The notes beneath the pieces are model-generated. The model saw only the letters and a list, made by a program, of their open reading frames with translations. It did not search any database and was not told the DNA's origin. Below, piece by piece: positions 1 to 9,316 of a DNA stretch of 64,000 bases. Positions within the stretch are counted from its first letter, which is position 1, and each line of letters opens with the position of its first letter. Position numbers and translations under genes: made by a program. The DNA is taken from NCBI GenBank assembly GCA_027923505.1, contig BROI01000023.1, forward strand, positions 186,001-250,000. The letters are read 5' to 3'. This DNA comes from Mayamaea pseudoterrestris. Its lineage: Eukaryota.

Positions 1-1493
1 CAGACCCTTGAATACAACAAACATGCAATTTAACATTGAATGGGACTGATAGTCTTGTCATTTTGGGTGTGGAACCCATCACCATGCCAGGAGACTCCGC
101 ACATTCAACAAATGGTTGAATGTGCCAGCAGGGTCCCCTTTTTGGCTACAGGAATCATCAGCATTGCGTGCCGAGCCCTCCAATCCCTTTCATTTCATGT
201 TTGTTGACATGATGGGCTAGGAATGTGGTTACATGCACCTCAGTATCCATCACCATGGATGCTATTAGTGATACTTGGCAGATCCAAAAACTTGTTGGAT
301 CTGCGAGCCATGCACCTCAGGTGGCAAGTCCAGCTGCCTGAATGGCCCACAGACCCTGGAATACAACAAACATGCAATTCAACAATGAATGGGGCTGATA
401 GTCTTGTCATGTTGGGTGTGGAACCCATCACCATGCCAGGAGGCAACACCGCACAATCAACAAATGGTTGAATGTGCCAACAGTGCCCCCTTTTTGGCTA
501 CAGGGATCATCAGCAATGCGTGCCGAGCCCTCCAATCCCTTTCAATTCATGTTTGTTGACATGATGGGCTAGGAATGTGGTTACATGCACCTCAGTATCC
601 ATCACCATGGATGCTATTGGTGATACGTGGCAGATCCAACAACTTGTTGGATCTGTGAGCCATGCACCTCAGGTGGCAAGTCCAGCTGCCTGAATGGGCC
701 ACAGACCCTGGAATACAACAAACATGCAATTCAACATTGAATGGGACTGATAGTCTTGTCATTTTGGGTGTGGAACCCATCACCATGCCAGGAGACACCG
801 CACATTCAACAAATGGTTGAATGTGCCAGCAGGGTCCCCTTTTTGGCTACAGGGATCATCAGCATTGCGTGCCAAGCCCTCCAATCCCTTTCAATTCATG
901 TTTGTTGACATGATGGGCTTGGAATGTGGTTACATGCACCTCAGTATCCATCACCATGGATGCTATTGGTGATACTTGGCAGATCCAACAACTTGTTGGA
1001 TCTGCGAGCCATGCACCTCAAGTGGCAAGTCTAGCTGCCTGAATGGCCCACAGACCCTGGAATACAACAAACATGCAATTCAACATTGAATGGGACTGAT
1101 AGTCTTGTCATTTTGGGTGTGGAACCCATCACCATGCCAGGAGACTCCGCACCTTTAACAAATTGTTGAATGTGCCAGCAGTGCCCCTTTTTGGCTACAG
1201 GGATCATCACCATTGCGTGCCGAGCCCTCCAATCCCTTTCAATTCATGTTTGTTGACATGATGGGCTAGGAATGTGGTTACATGCACCTCAGTATCCATC
1301 ACCATGGATGCTATTGGTGATACTTGGCAGATCCAACAACTTGTTGGATCTGCCAACCATGCACCTCAAGTGGCAAGTCCAGCTGCCTGAATGGCCCACA
1401 GACCCTGGAATACAACTAACATGCAATTCAATATTGAATGGGACTGGTAGTTTTGTCATTTTGGGTGTGAAACCCATCACCATGCCAGGAGAC
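1..1493. repeat. Tandem satellite, ~349-bp unit, about 4.3 copies, truncated by the window start
   Basis: CAGACCCT(T/G)GAATACAAC recurs at 1, 350, 702, 1051 and 1399; near-identical spurious ORFs at 223 and 1272; strongly CpG-poor. Confidence 0.97.
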
Positions 1494-1669
1494 GCTTCAA
1501 GTTAACGAATGTGGCAAACTTTTTCTAACACTCGAATGCATGGCAGTGGTGCTGCAATTGGATCCAATGACACGTGTGAAGTTGCCAATGTGCTACTACA
1601 TGTTGGCAGAGAGGAGCTGTTAAATAAAGTTTTGCATCAGTAAATATGGATCGATGATTAAAGTAGTGA

Positions 1670-2635
1670 TTAAGGAATATAGTAGCCAGCATTTGCACTC
1701 TCATGAAGAGCCTCTCCCAATGGTTTGAAGAAAACAGGAGTTTCCTTGACCACTGAGAGGGACGTTACTTTTTCTTGTACAGCGAAGGCTGTTATCGCAA
1801 TCATTGCCAACCTGCCATTCTTGAGCTCCGCCAGCTGCATTCGCTTCTGTCCTTCCGTCTCCTTGAGGTAGAGTCCAAGCGGGTCGAAGCTGAGGTTGCC
1901 AGCAAAGTAGGAGGGGTTGTTGCTCTTGGCCTTGGAGATTCCGTACACGTCAATGGCCGCGGCAACTGTGAGAACAACGATCCAGTAAATAATGGGGCTG
2001 ACCTTTCCAAGCCCTCCGTTGAGGAGTGAGGGGGCGCGGCCGTCCACCCCAACCACTGGCGTGAGTCCAAGCGCGACGGCAATCTTCTTGTCCCAAAGTT
2101 TGCTGAGAGGCCAACCAGCGGCCGCCAACATGGCCTGTAATAAAGAGTCGCGAGGAATAAACATGAGTGAGATGTATGCATAAAGAATGCATTGTCTTGT
2201 TCGCAAGTATTGTGGGCAGGCACACACTCCCCAAAACCCCCAAACCGGAATCGAACCAAGGATAACCGGCTATATCACCTCTAAACACGCTGCTACTTTT
2301 CCGTCTGCTAGTGTACTATATGCTGCATACAAGGCACCATGCACTATGACAAGTAAAGGTATCGCTCTGGTTGCTGTTTTTCGTGTGCAACCTGCTACGT
2401 CCAAGGCAGCCTGACGCTCCATGAATGGAAGTGACTCGCTCATGCACAGCAATGACACTTTGGTTGGTTCCTGCATCTTGGGAGCAACTGGGACTAGCTC
2501 CTCCGGAAGAGTCGTTTCCTCATTCTTGGGAGTAATGTCCGTCATGCGAAGAGCTTGGTTCTTGGACATGGATTGCGACGTGAAAGCAGATGCGCCAGCT
2601 GACATGGCGAGGATGAGAGCAGCAGAGAACTTCAT
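1670..2635 (-). pseudogene. Light-harvesting (FCP/LHC, Lhcz-like) gene, probably disrupted
   Basis: ATG 2635 MKFSAALILAMSAGASAF (ASAF presequence) ...MSESLPFMERQAALD. 3' exon 1670-2134 after TTACAG: AMLAAAGWPLS...FDPLGL...AELKNGRLAM. The GDxGFDPLG-REAExKHxRL segment is absent from the intervening DNA. Confidence 0.75.
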
Positions 2636-2962
2636 TGTTGAATACTGTTTTGTTTGATGGTTGCGAGGCTGGACGGTGAGACGATGATCGAGAGCTTCGA
2701 ATGTAGATTGTGAAACGATTCGATAGTCTGCTGGATCGGCTGATGAGACGACAGGATGACGACGTAAGCTACGTGTTATATTGTGTGGATGAATCAGCAT
2801 CCAACAGGCTCTTTCGTGACCAAGCGCGAGACTTGTCGACTCATCGAAAGAGGTCGGTGGCATTGGTCGTCGACGATGATGATTGTGACGTTCGGTCCAG
2901 CGCATTGGCTGCGCTAGACTGGTATCGGAGCGGTACTGCGTGCATTGACTGTCGAACCATCA

Positions 2963-3194
2963 TAAAGCACGACGAGATCGTTTACGAGTACCAATGAAAA
3001 CTGCGTCATGAAACTATATGAAACGAGTGCCAGTGTCAATTACGTCACACGGCAGTAGTATGAAACAACTGCAAGTGAAAACTGCGTCACAAGGTTATAG
3101 TATGAAACGACTGCCAGTGAAAACTGCGTCACAAGGCAATAACACGAAATGAGTGCCAGTGAAAACTGCATTTTTTGTACTGACGACTGACGGA
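2963..3194. mobile_element. Dispersed element copy 1: fixed head, ~5 x 42-bp units, fixed tail
   Basis: Head TAAAGCACGACGAGATCGTTTACGAGT and tail TGTACTGACG shared with 23538-23975; unit ~AAGGCAATAGTATGAAACGAGTGCCAGTGAAAACTGCGTCAC. The repeat is seen directly; mobility is inferred. Confidence 0.7.
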
Positions 3195-3254
3195 TTCTGC
3201 GCGCGCCACCAACCATCACTTCACATTTTCGCTTCGTTCTATCAACTTATCAAC

Positions 3255-5756
3255 ATGGCCATGGAGAACCTTTTTACGGCCGCCGACGCTTCGCTCGGAC
3301 TGAACATTGTTTCTGTTCCGGCAGAAAAGACTACGGTGGTCAGACGGGCCAAGAAGAAGAACAAGTACGAAAAGCGACGACGCAAGGCCAAGGAGGCGCA
3401 GCAAGATCATTCTGGATCAGCGACATTTCGGCAAAGTCATCGAGAGCTACACTCGCAGACAAATGCAGCAGCTGGAAAGGAAGAAGATCGAATAGAAGAA
3501 GAAAATGATGTTAATGATCATGAGAATACGGATGAAGAAGAGCATGCGGATGAGCTTGCGAATGCTTCCGACGAAAACGATGCCGACGACGAACCTTCAC
3601 CTTCACTAGACAACCAAAGCGAAATCGATGCAGCCGATGAATCGCCTCAACAAGAAAATCCATTATCAACAAATCACTTACCAGGAGACGAGGAAGAAAG
3701 GGCCAAATACCTAGCCGAGTTTCACGCCCGACCAATGGAGCTTGATCGTCGCGCCGGGGTATCAAGTCGATCACTCGCTCGCTCCAAAGATTCTACGCAT
3801 TTATTCACGGAAACATCCGACTGGAACGCCTTTTCTATTCTGCACCCCAAGATTGTTGATTGCCTGCAGAATCATCTCAAGCTTGACAAACCAACGGTCA
3901 TTCAGAGTCGTACCCTTCCAGCTTTTCTCCAAGGCGACCAAAAACACAATCTACTCATTCATTCCGAAACGGGAAGTGGCAAAACGCTGGCCTATCTTTT
4001 ACCTATTCTACAGTCCCTGGCAGTCAACCAAAACGACGGCCAACTCGACAAGCGCCAGCGCGATAAAGCTGGTACTCGATGCATTATACTTTGTCCCACA
4101 CGAGAACTCGCCTCACAAATACTCACCGTTGTGGAACAAGTTTGTTCACATACATTCAATTGGATTGTTGCGGGCTGCTTGCTGGGAGAGGAGCGACGCA
4201 AGTCGGAAAAGGCACGGATTCGCAAGGGTGTGACAATATTGGCGGCCACGCCGGGTCGCATGCTCGACCACTTGGCCAAGACGGAATGTTTGCTCATGGC
4301 ATGCAAGGGAAAGGTAGAGTGGTTGGTTTTGGACGAAGCGGATCGTTTGCTTGATCTAGGCTTGGGTGATCAAGTCAAGCAGATTGTCCAGCGACTTCGA
4401 GCGAATCAGCCTGGGTCGGGTCGCAATGGAATCACCTGGCGATCGGTTTTGATTTCTGCGACAATTACATCGCACGTGGAGACACTGGCCAAGGACACTA
4501 TGATTGGTGGCGACAATAGCTGGGTCTGGGTCAAGGGAGGAGAAGAGGTCGAAACAACGTTTGCCGACTCGACGCCGCGGCAAGTGTCCCAGAATGTGAT
4601 TACAGTCAGCGCCAAACTCAAGCTGGCCGCACTTGTGGCCTTTCTAGTTCAGCGTGCCAAAAAGGGCGAGAGCTCGGTCGTTTTCATGGACACTTGTGCT
4701 GCCGTAGACTTTTACCATGCGCTCTTTCTGTCCATGAGTTCCATTTTGAGTGGCTCGACGACCGCCAGTGACGCCGTTCCCAACGGAATATTTGGTCAGA
4801 CGTGCCCCTTCTACAAGCTTCACGGAAGCGTTCCACATGGAGAGCGGCAACAGATTCTTCGACGTTTTCTGAAGCGAACAGAAGAAAAGACGGCTGGAGT
4901 GCTTTTGGCGACGGATGTGGCAGCTCGTGGATTAAACTTGCCGGACGTTGATTGGACAATTCAGTATGATCCTCCCAGCGAAGTGGCCGATTATGTGCAT
5001 CGTACTGGCCGCGTTGGTAGAGCAGGTCGAAAGGGCCATTCACTCTTGTTTCTGCTGTCGTCGGAGCGAAGTTTTCTGGACGTCTTGAAGAAGCAAGGCG
5101 TGAAGAAGATGAATGCCGTTTCGTTAACGTCGACTTTGAACGCTGCTGCCTTGATATGCGAGCAACTCACGCAAATTGGTATGCGAAGATCTGGAGGGGG
5201 CTCCGGAGGCTTTGGCGGTCCAGCAAAGTCAAGCTCAACGGATCGTAAAGGCGAAGCGTTTTGCACCGAAGTTCAAAATCGCCTGGAGGATTGCATTGTC
5301 AAGGACGATGCCAAGGTTCACGAGGAGGCGAAAGCAGCCCGAAAGGAACTCACCAAGGGTCAGCGACGCCACAAACCGAAAGCTGTGACAGGCACATTAA
5401 TGGAATTGGCTCGCAATGCTTACATATCTCATTTGCGAGCCTATCCGACCAAGGAAAAGTCGTTGCGCAACATTTTCGCCACCAAGTCTCTACACTACGG
5501 CCACGTGGCCCGATCATTTGCATTGAAGGAACCACCGACAAAGCTTACGAAAGAAACAAAGACCCCTCAGGCTTTTGTCGACAAGGAGTCCAAGAAGCAG
5601 AACAAGAGAATGTCTTTTGATCAACCGGATGGCGATGCGCCTGTCGGTGAGCGCGTCGTCAAGAAGACCAGGCGTGAGGATTTGACGCCGTATCAAGCAA
5701 AGGTATTGCTCATGGCGAACGCTTCGAGACTTGAACAGCAAAGCAATAGTTATTAG
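3255..5756 (+). CDS. DBP7: DEAD-box RNA helicase, Dbp7/DDX31-like
   Basis: SETGSGKT, PTRELA, TPGR, DEAD, SAT, ARGL and HRTGRVGR motifs; GEERRKSEKARIRKG; C-terminal HYGHVARSFALKEPP. First ATG is 3255 (the track's GTG start lies in the 42-bp repeat). Confidence 0.9.
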   Translation: MAMENLFTAADASLGLNIVSVPAEKTTVVRRAKKKNKYEKRRRKAKEAQQDHSGSATFRQSHRELHSQTNAAAGKEEDRIEEENDVNDHENTDEEEHADELANASDENDADDEPSPSLDNQSEIDAADESPQQENPLSTNHLPGDEEERAKYLAEFHARPMELDRRAGVSSRSLARSKDSTHLFTETSDWNAFSILHPKIVDCLQNHLKLDKPTVIQSRTLPAFLQGDQKHNLLIHSETGSGKTLAYLLPILQSLAVNQNDGQLDKRQRDKAGTRCIILCPTRELASQILTVVEQVCSHTFNWIVAGCLLGEERRKSEKARIRKGVTILAATPGRMLDHLAKTECLLMACKGKVEWLVLDEADRLLDLGLGDQVKQIVQRLRANQPGSGRNGITWRSVLISATITSHVETLAKDTMIGGDNSWVWVKGGEEVETTFADSTPRQVSQNVITVSAKLKLAALVAFLVQRAKKGESSVVFMDTCAAVDFYHALFLSMSSILSGSTTASDAVPNGIFGQTCPFYKLHGSVPHGERQQILRRFLKRTEEKTAGVLLATDVAARGLNLPDVDWTIQYDPPSEVADYVHRTGRVGRAGRKGHSLLFLLSSERSFLDVLKKQGVKKMNAVSLTSTLNAAALICEQLTQIGMRRSGGGSGGFGGPAKSSSTDRKGEAFCTEVQNRLEDCIVKDDAKVHEEAKAARKELTKGQRRHKPKAVTGTLMELARNAYISHLRAYPTKEKSLRNIFATKSLHYGHVARSFALKEPPTKLTKETKTPQAFVDKESKKQNKRMSFDQPDGDAPVGERVVKKTRREDLTPYQAKVLLMANASRLEQQSNSY

Positions 5757-5958
5757 TATGTATACATAGTGTTTATCGTTTTTCGTGTGCAGGAATACAT
5801 GTACCTACACCCTTATGGCTCGGTGCAACCTATCTACCGTCGAATTTCAAGCGATAAGTTTGCTGGCAATTACTTGAACGATAATAAGAAGCGCTCATCA
5901 CGTTCAATAAAAGTCTTCAAGGGCCGATGGTGGTAGGCAATATCTATTGTTAACGTTA

Positions 5959-7026
5959 TTATACTTGAGCTTGTGATTGCGATACTTGCTGCAACTGCGC
6001 TTCCAGCATGGCCTGTAGCTGCAAATTGTAAGCCAAAATGTTGCTGTTCATCTGATGTACCTTGCATGGGCAGATTTGCGGCGGCATGGATGCTTGCGGA
6101 GTCACAAACATGGCAAAGTCTGTTGGCATTTGCTGCTGCGGCAAGTTCCATGAGACTTCGCCACAGGCTGGCGCCGATACCGAGGCAATTGGACATACAA
6201 TGTTCATTGGAAGCTGCGATGGCATTGGAGAGTCGTCGGCGTCAAGTAGGAGCGACCGCGAATGTTTTCTTGGTTTCCGTCCAAGCAGTCCAGTTTGCGC
6301 GTACGACTTTAGATTAATTGATGGCGGCAAGAGGGAGTTCTTGAGAATGAAGCCGTTGAAATCCATCTTGGCGAATGGAACGGATGAGTCGAATGTAATG
6401 CCACCGTTAATGTCTTCCATAAAGGTTGATGTTCCACGCGAAAGAGGTGCGACCGGTCCGTCGATTGAAAAATCGCTAAAGCAACTGACATTATCCAAGT
6501 CATCGTCGTCATCCATCTTGTTGGCACCATGTTTTACTTCGGCGGCATCAATCGGAAGATTGTCTTGGTCGATTTCACTTTCTTGCTGGCTAAATGTGGA
6601 TGCTGTGCTAGCAGCGCTTGATCCAGAAACGGTGTCTCCTCCGCGACAGCTACTGGTGATGGTCTGGTCGGACTTGATGCTGCATGTCGCAGCATACTTG
6701 CTGTCAGGTTCCCTAATGGCTTGCTTGACCTTCTCAAAGGCTTCCTTGTCGGATAAGTGAACCCAGTGCTTGCCTTCTTTGCGCAGGAAGCGGCCGTTGC
6801 TTGCTTCAACAGCCTTGAAGATTGATTGGATCAAGAAGTTTTGCCGTTGCTTGTTTTGTAAAGCTTGATATATTGGCTTGTTGTGTTGAATGAGGCGACG
6901 ATACAAACGATTACCAGCGTGTCGGTTCGTCAAGCCACCTCGGCCGCATAGAATGTCGCGTTGGGTGTATGTGGTGAGCAGAACAGCAGCAGCTGAGTGG
7001 CTGGAGAGAGTTGATGATCGCTCCAT
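5959..7026 (-). CDS. DUF6824-domain protein (diatom-expanded family)
   Basis: DILCGRGG..NRHAGN..YRRLI...GRFL...W......A.EKVKQAIRE followed by a low-complexity tail; ATG 7026. Confidence 0.8.
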   Translation of the reverse strand: MERSSTLSSHSAAAVLLTTYTQRDILCGRGGLTNRHAGNRLYRRLIQHNKPIYQALQNKQRQNFLIQSIFKAVEASNGRFLRKEGKHWVHLSDKEAFEKVKQAIREPDSKYAATCSIKSDQTITSSCRGGDTVSGSSAASTASTFSQQESEIDQDNLPIDAAEVKHGANKMDDDDDLDNVSCFSDFSIDGPVAPLSRGTSTFMEDINGGITFDSSVPFAKMDFNGFILKNSLLPPSINLKSYAQTGLLGRKPRKHSRSLLLDADDSPMPSQLPMNIVCPIASVSAPACGEVSWNLPQQQMPTDFAMFVTPQASMPPQICPCKVHQMNSNILAYNLQLQAMLEAQLQQVSQSQAQV

Positions 7027-7492
7027 TTTTGGTGTATTGTCACTTGATAACAGATTTGCGATGCTGTAAATGCTGGAATGCTTGGAGATGAAAGTGAAAC
7101 GTCTTGATCGGATAGTCGCTGCAGCAAAAGGTGGTCGTCGAGTTTGTGAGGACCTGCTGCTGCACCTCTGACGAGGCAACCGTGACTGAACATGTTTGAA
7201 AACTACTCTAGAGCGATCGATTCTGATGAATCAATCGACACTATTCTGTGTTGTAAGTATCGCTACAGAGTACTTCGTAACGGCTGTTAACGCCGATAAA
7301 ATCATCGAGGCTTCGTTGGAGTTCGTCTCATTCACACTTCCCCAGCAATTGATTATGGCACTGTTACCATAGCTAACATCGATGACGTCATATCTCCGAC
7401 GATCCGTTTCCACCATGGAGATTCGACAACCGCCTTTCCTATTCACAGCGGTTACAGTATCCGATTATAGTATCGTGGGTACTACAAGTGGC

Positions 7493-7828
7493 ATGATGAA
7501 TCCTCTCGTCCGCGACTTGTACAAGCGCGTCATTCACGTCGGCCGCGACTACCCGACTGGATTGCCGCACGTTCGCAAGGTTTGGAAAGATTCCATGCGG
7601 AACCGAGCCAACTGTCCAGCCTGCTACACTGATCCAGCTTCGTCGCAATGCCAGGAGGAGCTCTTTCATGCCGTCAATCGAGGAAGATTCATGGTCAAGG
7701 AGATGATTGGAGTCATAAAACTCAAGAAGTACAGAGCCATGAAGCAGCGATACGATCGCACCGATGAGACGCTAGAGGAAGCAATGGACCGAGTCGAACG
7801 ACTAGGGCATCAACAGCAGTCTCTTTAA
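7493..7828 (+). CDS. ETFRF1: LYR-motif protein, LYRM5/ETFRF1-like
   Basis: DLYKRVIHVGRDYP...GRFMVKEM...LKKYRAMKQRY matches the remembered LYRM5 pattern (LYK...GRDYP...KYRAMKQRY). Confidence 0.8.
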   Translation: MMNPLVRDLYKRVIHVGRDYPTGLPHVRKVWKDSMRNRANCPACYTDPASSQCQEELFHAVNRGRFMVKEMIGVIKLKKYRAMKQRYDRTDETLEEAMDRVERLGHQQQSL

Positions 7829-8065
7829 AATATCTGCAAAAGCATACGAGGCGCGCTTTTCCTTAAATTGATCGATGACTCTTGAAAGCCTAGCGAGAAT
7901 GATGGAATTCGAAATTTTTCGCGGTGCGAAGCAATGTCGCAATTTACAAGTGAAGCCGAAAGAACCTTCCTTACATTTGAATAAGCTTTTCTCTACGCAG
8001 CGGCAAAGCCTTCATTGTTTGCATCAATGAACTTTTGTCGTCTATTTTGCAATTGGCATAAACCC

Positions 8066-8668
8066 ATGACGCTCAAGGAATTACCAGTGATCGAAACTTG
8101 CCATGTTTGCTTCGGCAGGCAGATGCGTGGTTTCCAACTTGCGTGCTCACATGGCTACTGCGAATACTGCATGCGCCAAACCATGAGGACTGCCTTGAGC
8201 GATACTTCTCTCCTTCCGCTGCGCTGCTGCGAACTCCCTGTCAATGTAAACTACTCGAGGCTGGTGTTGGAGAGGGAGCAGGCCGATGAGCTCATGGCCA
8301 AGACTCGCAACTTGGAAGCCACGAACAAAATATTTTGTCCAAGCTGCTCCCAGATTATTAATGTGGATGCAACCAATCGCCAAACTCGCAACTACGTTAC
8401 ATGTACTTGTGGTGTTCGACTCTGTGTCGAGTGTCAAACGGCCGTTCATCCTGGCTTTTCCTGTCCGGAGAACAAGTCGGCGGTGTTGGGTTCGAACGAG
8501 CTAGTTTTAAGAATTGCGCGAGTCAATGGCTGGAAGCAATGCCCTCACTGCAAGATCTTAATAGAGCGGATCGCCGGTTGCAAGCACATGATATGCAGGA
8601 ATTGTCACAGTTCTTTCTGCTTTTCATGTCTCCAACCAAACCATCATTGCAGTTGCAGTGGTAGTTGA
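8066..8668 (+). CDS. Minimal RBR (RING1-IBR-RING2) E3 ubiquitin ligase
   Basis: CxxC...CSHGYCEYC...PLRCC; IBR CPSC..CTCG..LCVEC...H; RING2 KQCPHC..IERIAGCKHMIC..C...FCFSC. Start could also be 8027. Confidence 0.8.
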   Translation: MTLKELPVIETCHVCFGRQMRGFQLACSHGYCEYCMRQTMRTALSDTSLLPLRCCELPVNVNYSRLVLEREQADELMAKTRNLEATNKIFCPSCSQIINVDATNRQTRNYVTCTCGVRLCVECQTAVHPGFSCPENKSAVLGSNELVLRIARVNGWKQCPHCKILIERIAGCKHMICRNCHSSFCFSCLQPNHHCSCSGS

Positions 8669-9316
8669 CGGTGTATGGCATTTGCTGCATGGCTTTCCGG
8701 GGAGGTTTTGGTGCTAACTGCTGAAAGGAAAATGCATTGAAGCAGTTTGCTATGCGGAAAGTTTAAATGGTCAACTCGAGGTTTCGTTGCGAAATGACCT
8801 CTGTTAATGTACATGTGTTCTTTGTGAGGGTCGAAGATTGTTTAACTAGCGACGCAAAGCGTTTGCTCCAAATTGAGGCGATCTCTTCAAGATTGTATCC
8901 AAAGAGGCTCGCAAACATGGTCCTCCAGCTAGTACAGCTCATTGTTGCCGGGGCCTGCGGCTTGGCGCGAGGCCTATCTGCAGTTGGAATCGTGCTCAGT
9001 TAAAGTTCTTTTCAACACAGCTACCGATAGTTTCATTTGTAGTTTTAGCTCCGCGTGGAGGCCTGTCAGTACAGACGTAACTCGAACATTCGTTGGCAAA
9101 GTCTTGATATAAGTCACATAGTGCTAGGTGAAGGTCGTGCAACTCGTCCGTGCAAAACCGCTGCGACGTCACGATTAAACCGAGGTTTTTATTTTTTCTT
9201 TCGTTGCCCCATCATCATGGTGCGAACGTCAGAGATCCATTTCCATTTCCATTTCATATAGAAAAGATCCATTGAAGATTAATGAGTAGAGAAAGAGGCG
9301 AGGCAGATTAAAGATC

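Noticed and set aside
223..1505. Short ORFs in the 349-bp repeat
   Set aside because: Repeat-derived, interrupted in some units, no domain similarity
2229..2300. tRNA gene or telomere seed
   Set aside because: B-box-like 11-mer, but I could not build a cloverleaf; C4A4C5 occurs once and is not the TTAGGG-type repeat known from model diatoms
3153..3254. N-terminal extensions from GTG/TTG starts in the ORF track (also 7179, 12841, 18861, 57953, 59237)
   Set aside because: Eukaryotic nuclear genes; the first suitable ATG was used instead
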